From: a plasmid
DNA length: 64,000 nucleotides
Strand: one strand, 5' to 3'
Sequence record: NZ_CP014093.1
Of this stretch, positions 18,171 to 26,496 are shown piece by piece. The position numbers were made by a program, and so were the translations under genes. The notes beneath the pieces were generated by a model that saw nothing but the letters and a program-made list of their open reading frames with translations, searched no databases and had not been told where the DNA came from. Every line of letters begins with the position of its first letter. Within the stretch, counting starts at the first letter, position 1.

Positions 18171-19541
18171 TTAGAATTGGCCCATTAAGTATTCTAAAAT
18201 GGTCCTCTTTCCGGTTATTATGTCAACTGATGTTGTCATTCCTGGAATGATTGGTAGATCTTTATCACCGAGATCAGTTTTATCAGTACGTATACGTACT
18301 ACATAAAAGTCGTTACCTTCTTCATCCTGGATTGTGTCTGCACTAATATGTTCTAACTCCCCTTTTAAACCACCGTACTTACTAAAATCATAAGCGGTAA
18401 GCTTGACAATAACAGGTAGCTCAGGACGTAAAAATGCAATATCTTTTGGTGCTATTTTTGCCTCTATCAGTAGAGCGTCTTCGGTTGGCACAATTTCAAC
18501 GATATCCATACCTGGTTGAATAACTCCACCAACTGTATTTATGCTCAACGTTTTAATTTTTCCCGTTACTGGTGAGTAAACCACGGTTCTATTGACTTTA
18601 TCTTCTAAGTTAACTGTAGACTTTACCAAAGAAGATAGTTGATCTTGGGTGCTATTAAGTTTTTCTTGTTGTTCAGATCGGAATTGTAGCGCGACCTCTA
18701 TTCGTTTAAGCATGAACTCTTGAATTAATGACTCTAATACGGGAATTTTAAGCTTGCTAGATGTCATTTCACGCCTGCTATCATTGGCTTGTCGTTGTAA
18801 TTTAAGTAATTCAATGCGTGGAACTATACCTTCGTCAGCTAGAGGTTTGGTAATATCCAGTTCCTTTTTTGCATATTGATAACTCCTACGTAAGTTTTCT
18901 ACTCGTGCTTTTATTTCAATCAAATCCTGTTGTTTCTGTATGACTTGCTGATCAATCACTGATAGCTGGTTGCGTATATTATTTAAGTTTTCTAGATACT
19001 CAGCTTTTTGACGTAGGATTAGTTCAGGTTGAGTTTCTTCTAAAAATGATGGGAACATTAGCTGGTCATAGTTTAGTGTGACATTTTGTCGCCAATCTTT
19101 AATGTCAAAGTCATTGTTAACTTGAACGCTATTTATCGAGGCTGTCAATTGTAATACAGATGCACTCAAGTTAGCGACTTGTTGTTCATGCTCACGAAAA
19201 TCTGAACGAAAGAGCGTGTCATCGATGAGAATTAATGGTTGACCTTTTTCGACTAATTGACCTTCTTTTACTAAAATTTCTTTAATTAACCCACCTTCCA
19301 AGTTTTGTATAACTTGAACCTGTGAGGAAGGAATGACTTTCCCTAAACCGACAATGACTTTATCTATCTCAGAAAAAGATGCCCAACCAACCATCACAAT
19401 TGAAAGACTCACCATTATCCAGAGCAACAAACGAGCACTCCTAGGACTTGTTAGGAGTAAGGCTGCGACCTTGTCATTAACAAACTCTAATTCTTCATCG
19501 TTAAGTTTGTTGTAGTTCTTTTGTTTCATGTTTGCGCTCAT
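18171..19541 (-). CDS. HlyD-family type I secretion periplasmic adaptor, orphan (no ABC transporter adjacent)
   Basis: N-terminal TM helix, long coiled-coil and C-terminal beta-barrel (IVPTEDALLIEAKIAPKDIAFL) resemble T1SS membrane-fusion proteins. AT-rich. Confidence 0.65.
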   Translation of the reverse strand: MSANMKQKNYNKLNDEELEFVNDKVAALLLTSPRSARLLLWIMVSLSIVMVGWASFSEIDKVIVGLGKVIPSSQVQVIQNLEGGLIKEILVKEGQLVEKGQPLILIDDTLFRSDFREHEQQVANLSASVLQLTASINSVQVNNDFDIKDWRQNVTLNYDQLMFPSFLEETQPELILRQKAEYLENLNNIRNQLSVIDQQVIQKQQDLIEIKARVENLRRSYQYAKKELDITKPLADEGIVPRIELLKLQRQANDSRREMTSSKLKIPVLESLIQEFMLKRIEVALQFRSEQQEKLNSTQDQLSSLVKSTVNLEDKVNRTVVYSPVTGKIKTLSINTVGGVIQPGMDIVEIVPTEDALLIEAKIAPKDIAFLRPELPVIVKLTAYDFSKYGGLKGELEHISADTIQDEEGNDFYVVRIRTDKTDLGDKDLPIIPGMTTSVDIITGKRTILEYLMGQF

Positions 19542-19837
19542 TTATAATAATTTAGTTTTAGTATACCAACTTTAACACCTTGAAGACTGAAACGACCTAA
19601 TATGAAAAAATCAGTACGATAGACCGAGTACAGAAAACGGCCTTTTAACTCATATAGGTTGCTCTATGATTATAGTAGGATGAGAAGGAACAATGCTCCT
19701 CTTGGGTGTCAAAATGTTGCTTAAAGCATTCTATAGCGGCTCATATGGCGCGCTTTCGGGTCTGTAACGTGCATTATTAGTATAAAAATAGAAAATAAAG
19801 CTATCTTTAATTTTTGAAACGTGTATAGTTGATTTTG

Positions 19838-19992
19838 CTCTGACGAAGAGTTGTTTGAAGATAAAAAATATAAAGTAAGTTTTCCAGTGTCATCCCTAGC
19901 AAGTTTTTCTCTGTATCTCCCTTAATTCTATATCCTTAAAATAATACTTATGTTCAGTGCACCTTAATTTTAATTTATATAAGGGGCATAAT
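19838..19992 (+). promoter_or_regulatory. cspA-type long 5' leader, copy 1 of a tandem duplication
   Basis: About 155 nt that is roughly 80% identical to 20258-20407. Both copies end in AAGGGGCAT-ATG. Confidence 0.5.
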
Positions 19993-20202
19993 ATGTCTAA
20001 TCAAGTAATTGGTACAGTAAAGTGGTTTAATGAAGCTAAAGGCTTCGGTTTCATTTCTCAAAATAACGGCGACGACCTATTCGTTCACTTCCGCAACATC
20101 GTTGGGGATGGATTTAAAAAACTTATTGAAGGCGACAAGGTTTCTTTTACCGTAGGTAAAGGTCCTAAAGGGCTTCAAGCAGAAAATGTAACGACGTTGT
20201 AA
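19993..20202 (+). CDS. csp: cold-shock protein CspA family
   Basis: [33 protein letters not shown] contains the RNP1/RNP2 motifs. Confidence 0.9.
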   Translation: MSNQVIGTVKWFNEAKGFGFISQNNGDDLFVHFRNIVGDGFKKLIEGDKVSFTVGKGPKGLQAENVTTL

Positions 20203-20257
20203 TAGTCTTACAAAACTTAGCTTCCTTATCGCTTGTAATCCAGTGGTAAGGAAGTAG

Positions 20258-20407
20258 TAGCTCTGATCAATAGTTGTTTCAGATAAAAAAGTATAAAGTC
20301 AGTTTTCCCAGCGTCATCCTTAATAAGTTTCTCTGTAAGCTCCCTTCATTCTATATCATAAAATAACGCATGTTCAGTACACCCTAATCATTAAGTAAGG
20401 GGCATTG
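20258..20407 (+). promoter_or_regulatory. cspA-type leader, copy 2
   Basis: Duplicate of 19838-19992. Confidence 0.5.
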
Positions 20408-20557
20408 TATGTCTAATAAAATCATTGATTTAATAAATGTATCTAATAATAAAAAAATCAGTAAAAAGAAAAAATCAAATAGTCAAAAATCAAAACTTGA
20501 CCTACTTCAAAGAATAACAAGTGGCCAAAGTGGTGTGGTTTTGGAGGTTTTATTTTG
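20408..20557 (+). CDS. small lysine/serine-rich peptide (49 aa) driven by the duplicated csp leader
   Basis: ATG sits in the same context as the csp ATG (GGGGCATTGTATGTCTAAT). Translation: MSNKIIDLINVSNNKKISKKKKSNSQKSKLDLLQRITSGQSGVVLEVLF. Confidence 0.35.
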
Positions 20558-21165
20558 AAGAATAATGGTAGAAAGAAAATTTGGTTTAAATTAAGAAATA
20601 AAAATAAAATTTTTGAAAGCCAAACTCATAATTAATTTTTCTTAACGTATTTTATCTTATCAATAGTAACTATTGACTCTGGAGTGGTACGTTAACGAAC
20701 ATCGCCAGTTTTTGAGCCATTTGCTCATCAACAAGACTATTCTAATAGCTCAATCCAAACACCATTGAAAGGCGAAATAGCTCGGTGAAGTAGTCTGCTA
20801 CCTCACTACATTAACCAAATGTCAGGTAACGGATTAAGCTTTACCCGTAGTGCCTTGTGGACACCGGTAAAGAACACAGTAAAACGTTGATAATAACTGA
20901 CTCATTATCCGACTAATCCTAATCTTCTTGAGCAGTTTATTCCATTTCTTGGACGAGACTGAACTTGTCCATTACTTTCTCTAAACGCTCTGTCGAAAAC
21001 CTTGCTCAGATCATCAATCTTGTCGCGCCGTTTTTTCTTGTAGGCGATGTCGCAGCCGGTAATTGGCGGGTTAGTTTCTGTTCTGTAAGAAGTGAAACTA
21101 AATTGACTAGATTCCTGACGAGGCACTATTTCAGTAACTCGGCCCAACCGAACTACTGGAATAAG

Positions 21166-21654
21166 TTATTTAATGTTGATACCTAATCGAACTGATATGC
21201 CTAGAACGTTGGCCAGCCCGATAAGTGACGATAAAGAAGGGTTGTCGCGCGGGTGTAAGGTGTTATCCATACCTTTGGCCTTGGTAACGGTAGCTAAGGC
21301 TTCTGCAATGATCTCGGGCTCGCCAGTGCTTGCCGCTTCATCAATATAGGCTTGGATAGTCTGTTGGTTGGTTAAGTATTCGGATGGCTCTAACTCTTTT
21401 AATTGAGAGGTCACATGATCACTCTCTTTCACAATAAGACCACTCACCTGATTAACTTGCTGTATCGCGGTTTGAACGGCTTCGCCGTATGAGTCAGTTT
21501 CTCGGTCGAAATCGATACGAATATCGCTGCCAGATGCAGATACGGTGCAATCATTGGCACCAACCCCAACGAGCGCATTAGATAGCTCGCAAAGCGTGTC
21601 TGCGTTCATGTCGCCTTGGAACCTGGCCATCAGTGCAAAATCAAACTCTTTCAA
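21166..21654 (-). CDS. protein with C-terminal addiction-module antidote-like HTH domain (HigA-like), unique 100-aa N-terminal extension
   Basis: C-terminus EPEIIAEALATVTKAKGMDNTLHPRDNPSLSSLIGLANVLGISVRLGI resembles addiction-module antidote HTH proteins. Last gene of a 4-gene minus-strand operon. Confidence 0.5.
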   Translation of the reverse strand: MKEFDFALMARFQGDMNADTLCELSNALVGVGANDCTVSASGSDIRIDFDRETDSYGEAVQTAIQQVNQVSGLIVKESDHVTSQLKELEPSEYLTNQQTIQAYIDEAASTGEPEIIAEALATVTKAKGMDNTLHPRDNPSLSSLIGLANVLGISVRLGINIK

Positions 21655-21727
21655 TCATCAATCCTCTCTTTAAGCAATTAGTGGCATTTTAGCCTTAACC
21701 ATAAGCCACCGTGCTGGTGGCTTATGG

Positions 21728-22390
21728 TTAGCTTCGTAACTCGTTTTCTCGATATTGCTCTATTGATTGCTCCAAATGCTCTGCGTTCTTGGGTGAGCTC
21801 ATCAAGTGATCAGTTTCCGATAGGATTTCTTCCCAATCCGGTTCTTCCAACGTTGGCCACAACATCAAATCATCGATGTCAACGTCCTTAAAACCAATCT
21901 TTGAGTAGTAGCCTTTAAGCGTCTCTACGCTTTCCTCGGAGCGATCTTCTAACGGGAACGCCTTTAGACCAATAATGTCGTAAATCGACGTGAATCGCGC
22001 AATAAAGTCCTCAATTAAGGCTTTAGAATACTTGTTGCCTCGATGCTCTTTCTTCACTTTCAGTTCGTGGATGACAATAAGGCGATCTGGTTCTGGACAG
22101 ACTCCCCAACGCATTTCTACGTTGCGTTCTTCAATGCTTGCTTTTAGCAAATAATTATCACCAAGGACTTGAACAAAGTGATAGATGCTACCGTCCACAT
22201 CCAGTAAATCGTGACAGTTTGTAATGTTTGATGCTCTGGCCAAGTCCACGATGTAGAAATCACAAGTAGCAACTTCGGTTTCAGCTCCACTCTCTTTATC
22301 AAGAGCAAACATGCTTGCCGTCATAACGTTGATACATGACTCAACATCATCTGAATAAGGCGCGGTACTTAAGGCGTAGTTAATGATCAT
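21728..22390 (-). CDS. GNAT-family acetyltransferase (start taken at MIINY)
   Basis: IHELKVKKEHRGNKYSKALIEDFIARF matches GNAT motif A. The C-terminus has LKGYYSKIGFKDV. Stop lies 6 bp after the KAP NTPase gene. Confidence 0.55.
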   Translation of the reverse strand: MIINYALSTAPYSDDVESCINVMTASMFALDKESGAETEVATCDFYIVDLARASNITNCHDLLDVDGSIYHFVQVLGDNYLLKASIEERNVEMRWGVCPEPDRLIVIHELKVKKEHRGNKYSKALIEDFIARFTSIYDIIGLKAFPLEDRSEESVETLKGYYSKIGFKDVDIDDLMLWPTLEEPDWEEILSETDHLMSSPKNAEHLEQSIEQYRENELRS

Positions 22391-22468
22391 TGTTCTGTTC
22401 CTTATCTGGTGCTGGTGGCTTAATGAGGGTCGATGGCAATTGAAGAGAACTGGCCACACCATCCTTTG

Positions 22469-24244
22469 TCAAGACGAACCGGACACCCCTGACTTTAACT
22501 CCAAATTACCGCCAAGCCGCTCATGAATTGAGGATATTTTAGATGCGAGCTCAGTTAAAACTCCTAATTTAGCCCCGTAAGGTAATCTTTCTCTTTCATT
22601 CTCGATGCACTCACAAAGCAGGGCTAGAGCGTCAAGCTCTTCCGAAAGAAAATCCTCAATATTGCTAAAGTCATAACGTCGATACATGAAACTAGAAAAA
22701 TCATAAAGCTCCCCGCTTGACCAATTTGTTAACATCTGATCAAAATCTTTCTTCTGGAGGTGTTGTAGGAAAGGTTTGGAGCCGTACTTTTGTTCAGTAG
22801 CTTCGACACAGCTGTGCCAAGACTGCACTAACTGCTCTTTGTAGACTGCCATTTCACTCGCCTGCATACCAGTAGCTTTATCGCATAAAAATTCAGATAT
22901 TACGTTTAGCAAACGACTGTTTTGTACATAGTACCCTATATCTCTACCAAGCATATTCACATACGCTGCTGACTCAAATATGAATTTATCAAAAATTTTC
23001 TTGATATTAGAAACAAACTCGTCGAAATCATATTCTATATATCTGTGTTCTATCATAAAAGAATAGGCACTACAGGCTCTGCACCAATTGACAAAATCCG
23101 TTGGTTTTGGGTTGTCTATGTATTGCTTAAATCTTGACAACCGCTCTGACAACCACAAGTCGTCATGTCTACGAAACTGATAATCCAATATTTCTTGAAT
23201 GTCATCAGTTGCTACAGGCAACTTCATCTCGGTTTCTAAATCTTTAAACCTGTTATCATAGGCTGCTATATATCTTACGTGGCTATCGGTGGTGTGAGGC
23301 CTAAGAGGATGGATTAAACTTCTGAGCAACTCTATCCTTTTATCTTGTTCAGTTTCCCCCTTTGTTTTCCTATGGATGAGTGGATTTTCATGTAGGGCTT
23401 GCAAGACCTCGTCCAAGGAAAATTCATGATGGAAGATAGCGAAGCATGTCGCTAGTGATGTAATAAGATTGTGTTCATCGATTTGTCTGTAGTCCAATTC
23501 ATCCTTTCGAATAAATAGATTACTTATGGCATAAAAACGATCTACAGCGCGCCTAATTATGCGAATATTATCTACCTCATACTTGCGAAGCATGTCTTCA
23601 ATAATTTGCTTCGCCTCATTTGATAAGGTCTTTTCTTCAATATAGATTTGATCGATAACTGACATTAAATCGGTAGGAGTTCGACTTAAGTGCACTATGT
23701 CACTAAACACTTTTTCGATGTCTGCCTTCTTCTCTATCTTTCCCTGATTTCCAATGACAACGATTTTTATATTCTTATTTTCACATAGATTTAGGCATTC
23801 GCCCAATATCTCTGACTTTACATTCTCGTTAGAAAGGCGCTCTAGATCGTCAATGAATAATACTCGATCATTCAACTGATTAAAGTAATGTTGCTTTACA
23901 ATTGAACCAACATTACCAAGCGCTTTCCCTACTCCTCTAGTTCCCTCTAGTGTTTGCATGGCAAAATCGCCTACACCACTATAGCGCTTTGCGAACCACC
24001 CTGTTTGTTCATTACGACTGTACACAAGAGAAAGCAGCCGAGTTTTAAAATCATCCAGATCCGAAACACCGTATAAAGAGAGGTAATGCCCCTTATGTGT
24101 GGCTTTGTACTTATGCGTCAAATAGGGCATCAAGGTCTGCTTTACAAAATACGTTTTACCAACTCCCCAGTGCCCATCTAACAAAACTATGCTTGGAAAG
24201 CTAGATTCTTGGAGCAACTTATAAATACGTTCCTCAATTTTCAT
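22469..24244 (-). CDS. KAP-family P-loop NTPase
   Basis: Walker A LLDGHWGVGKTYF (the G.WG.GKT form typical of KAP NTPases). Walker B LFIDDLER. Long helical C-terminal region. Start taken at MKIEER (ATG 24244, AAGG RBS). The ORF track shows a longer GTG-initiated version reaching 24286. Confidence 0.65.
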   Translation of the reverse strand: MKIEERIYKLLQESSFPSIVLLDGHWGVGKTYFVKQTLMPYLTHKYKATHKGHYLSLYGVSDLDDFKTRLLSLVYSRNEQTGWFAKRYSGVGDFAMQTLEGTRGVGKALGNVGSIVKQHYFNQLNDRVLFIDDLERLSNENVKSEILGECLNLCENKNIKIVVIGNQGKIEKKADIEKVFSDIVHLSRTPTDLMSVIDQIYIEEKTLSNEAKQIIEDMLRKYEVDNIRIIRRAVDRFYAISNLFIRKDELDYRQIDEHNLITSLATCFAIFHHEFSLDEVLQALHENPLIHRKTKGETEQDKRIELLRSLIHPLRPHTTDSHVRYIAAYDNRFKDLETEMKLPVATDDIQEILDYQFRRHDDLWLSERLSRFKQYIDNPKPTDFVNWCRACSAYSFMIEHRYIEYDFDEFVSNIKKIFDKFIFESAAYVNMLGRDIGYYVQNSRLLNVISEFLCDKATGMQASEMAVYKEQLVQSWHSCVEATEQKYGSKPFLQHLQKKDFDQMLTNWSSGELYDFSSFMYRRYDFSNIEDFLSEELDALALLCECIENERERLPYGAKLGVLTELASKISSIHERLGGNLELKSGVSGSS

Positions 24245-24323
24245 TATCAACCTTGTAAAATTAGAGCTATTCGTAGATCTAACCACAGATAGATAATTCT
24301 AGATATGCAGTTGATAACATTTA

Positions 24324-24674
24324 TCAACTAAATTTCATAATAGATAGAATCGAGCCACCAACATCGTGGGTTTCTTGCGTTTGGCCGCTATCCAAAATCA
24401 AAGAGTGAATAAGCACATCCCAATCAATGCCCTCTTTCTCGATCAAGTAAACCGTATCAGCTAGATAAGTTAAAAATTGATATTGGGAATCAATATCTGT
24501 GTAGCTTTCTTTGGCTTTGTAAGTAATCTCATCAAAATAAGCACAGAGTGAACCCCAAAACTTAACACTGCTACTTGCTGTCGCTTTCATCTCATAAATA
24601 TGATCAACACGTAGCTTGATGTCAGTGAAAAATCGCTTTATCTGGTGGGCGTATGTGCCTCTCTGCATTAGCAC
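24324..24674 (-). CDS. hypothetical protein, first gene of the KAP/GNAT operon
   Basis: 116-aa ORF, 37 bp upstream of the KAP gene on the same strand. Confidence 0.4.
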   Translation of the reverse strand: MLMQRGTYAHQIKRFFTDIKLRVDHIYEMKATASSSVKFWGSLCAYFDEITYKAKESYTDIDSQYQFLTYLADTVYLIEKEGIDWDVLIHSLILDSGQTQETHDVGGSILSIMKFS

Positions 24675-24789
24675 TATACCAGGGTTAATTAATGGGTTTT
24701 ACCGAAAAATCCATGAATTAAATTCATTTCTTAAATGGCTCCGATTGAGCGTAATCTAATCCTACCCCAGGATTATGGTAATCCTTTTT

Positions 24790-24799
24790 ATTCCGAACA
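24790..24799 (-). promoter_or_regulatory. element motif ATTCCGAACA
   Basis: Exact 10-mer in the divergent intergenic region 24675-24920. Confidence 0.5.
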
Positions 24800-24890
24800 T
24801 GTAAATTTATATCAATGTATGTTTTTTTGATATTAAGGGCTAAATTAGTTATTGCATATGTTATTTTTGATATGGTAGTCTCACCACCCC

Positions 24891-24900
24891 ATTCCGAACA
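24891..24900 (-). promoter_or_regulatory. element motif ATTCCGAACA, 20 bp upstream of ATG 24921
   Basis: Exact 10-mer. Confidence 0.5.
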
Positions 24901-24920
24901 CACTTAATTCTTTGTAGAAA

Positions 24921-25280
24921 ATGACCATAAAAACGTTCAATACCAGCAAAGGCACTATTGCCCTGTCTAACCACGGAGCAACAGTATCGATGGCCATTAA
25001 CCGCAACACTGGCGCGGTAGCGAACGTGTGTGTGAGTTGGGTGTTAGGGAGTGCAGATGAGGCGAAAGCCTTTATTGAGGGCGCAGACGAAAAAGCGATA
25101 CGAAATGAAATGCCTCGCTTTTCCATGTGCGCTGATGTGGTTAAACAACTAGACAAGGCGCTGGCCAATGGCAATTCCAAAAAACCAGTTGAGCCTACTC
25201 ATAGAGCTTATGGAAGCTCTACCGCTAGATGGAACGGTCTACGAAATGCCACTACAAGTAGAGTTTATCCCGCACGATGA
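24921..25280 (+). CDS. hypothetical protein
   Basis: 119-aa ORF. Overlaps the next ORF out of frame, so boundaries are uncertain. Confidence 0.35.
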   Translation: MTIKTFNTSKGTIALSNHGATVSMAINRNTGAVANVCVSWVLGSADEAKAFIEGADEKAIRNEMPRFSMCADVVKQLDKALANGNSKKPVEPTHRAYGSSTARWNGLRNATTSRVYPAR

Positions 25281-25626
25281 AATCTACATCGGCTATTTCG
25301 ATACGACCGTCATTGACCGCATGCAAGGGCTAGGAATTATCACGTTACTTGGGGTGCATGATGATGAGCGACAAGCTATCAAACTCAATGAGCGTGACGA
25401 TTTTCTAGCAAGCTGGTCGGCGGGAGTGAGTGAGGCTCGCAATGGCTCAGATCTGCATTATGCAGACTACAACAACAACCAATATGCGTTTACTGCCGGA
25501 TACGAGCACTGGCATAACCGCAACAAAAAGGCGTTAAAGGGAAGACTTACGCATTACTCAACAAGTAGAGAGTATCTATGTCATGGATTTATTGACGAGG
25601 ATACGGGTGAAATTTGGCATCAATAA
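25168..25626 (+). CDS. hypothetical protein (start uncertain)
   Basis: 152-aa ORF. Confidence 0.35.
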   Translation: MAIPKNQLSLLIELMEALPLDGTVYEMPLQVEFIPHDEIYIGYFDTTVIDRMQGLGIITLLGVHDDERQAIKLNERDDFLASWSAGVSEARNGSDLHYADYNNNQYAFTAGYEHWHNRNKKALKGRLTHYSTSREYLCHGFIDEDTGEIWHQ

Positions 25627-25642
25627 CAAAAGGTAACTAACT

Positions 25643-26176
25643 ATGACTTTGGGTAATCTACTTCTAGCAATTCTTGAGCAGAGAACACAAACAGGCTATG
25701 ACCTAACAAACCGAACAATGCCTGAATCTGGCGCATGGCAAGCCAGCCACCAGCAAGTGTACCGCGAACTTGGTCGCATGACGGAAAAGGGTTTAGTGTC
25801 ACACGAAATTGAAGCGCAAGACGGTAAACCAGACCGCAAGAATTACAGCTTAACTCAAGACGGCGAGCATGTTCTTAACCTTTTACGCAACGAATCTACA
25901 TGCGATGGCCTGTCTATCATTCGTAGTCCTGCATCGGTGATGCTGGAAATCGGCAGCGAGGTTTACTTCAAGTCGTACATTGAAAAACTCAATCAAGAAA
26001 TAACGCAACTTAAAGAGAAGCTGAACGCGCACCAGAAAGAGAAAGGTGTGTTCTGTGACAACTTCACACTGCATGTAGAGCGCGACATTGATATGCGCAA
26101 AGCAGAGCTTAAGTTTGCCGAACGTTCACTATTTATGATCACTTCCTCAAACATTGCTACGGAGAATGCTGCGTGA
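25643..26176 (+). CDS. PadR-family winged-helix transcriptional regulator with C-terminal coiled coil
   Basis: TQTGYDLTNRT...SHQQVYRELGRMTEKGLVSHEIEAQDGKPDRKNYSLTQDGEHVL matches the PadR signature. Confidence 0.65.
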   Translation: MTLGNLLLAILEQRTQTGYDLTNRTMPESGAWQASHQQVYRELGRMTEKGLVSHEIEAQDGKPDRKNYSLTQDGEHVLNLLRNESTCDGLSIIRSPASVMLEIGSEVYFKSYIEKLNQEITQLKEKLNAHQKEKGVFCDNFTLHVERDIDMRKAELKFAERSLFMITSSNIATENAA

Positions 26177-26361
26177 AACCTCGCAAAGCCGTTTATCTTT
26201 TAGTTGGCTCGCCAGCGCTTAAACGAGCCAAAGAGTGTTTAACTCGAAATCAGCCTTGGGACTACGAGGGCAAGCTCATGAAGATCGTCAGTTTGGGGCA
26301 ACGTATGCGTAACGATGACGGCAAGCCATGCCATCGAGTTTTAATTGAGAGTTACTTCTGA
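26173..26361 (+). CDS. hypothetical small protein
   Basis: 62-aa ORF followed by a strong terminator. Confidence 0.35.
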   Translation: MKPRKAVYLLVGSPALKRAKECLTRNQPWDYEGKLMKIVSLGQRMRNDDGKPCHRVLIESYF

Positions 26362-26368
26362 TAGGTAC

Positions 26369-26398
26369 AAAAAAACCGCGAATAAACGCGGTTTTTTT
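26369..26398. terminator. bidirectional rho-independent terminator
   Basis: AAAAAAACCGCG-aataaa-CGCGGTTTTTTT. Confidence 0.75.
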
Positions 26399-26496
26399 GC
26401 GGCTGGCCTTAGCAAACAGTTCGAATCAGCAAATTCGAGTTACCAGCCTTTTCATGTTCCACCAGCAAATGTGAAACAAGAGCAAGCAAATAGTAG

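Noticed and set aside
20905-21186. Two overlapping ORFs (80 aa minus, 73 aa plus) between the csp region and the KAP operon
   Set aside because: Mutually exclusive frames, no recognisable domains, no RBS. Probably non-coding 3' region of the operon.
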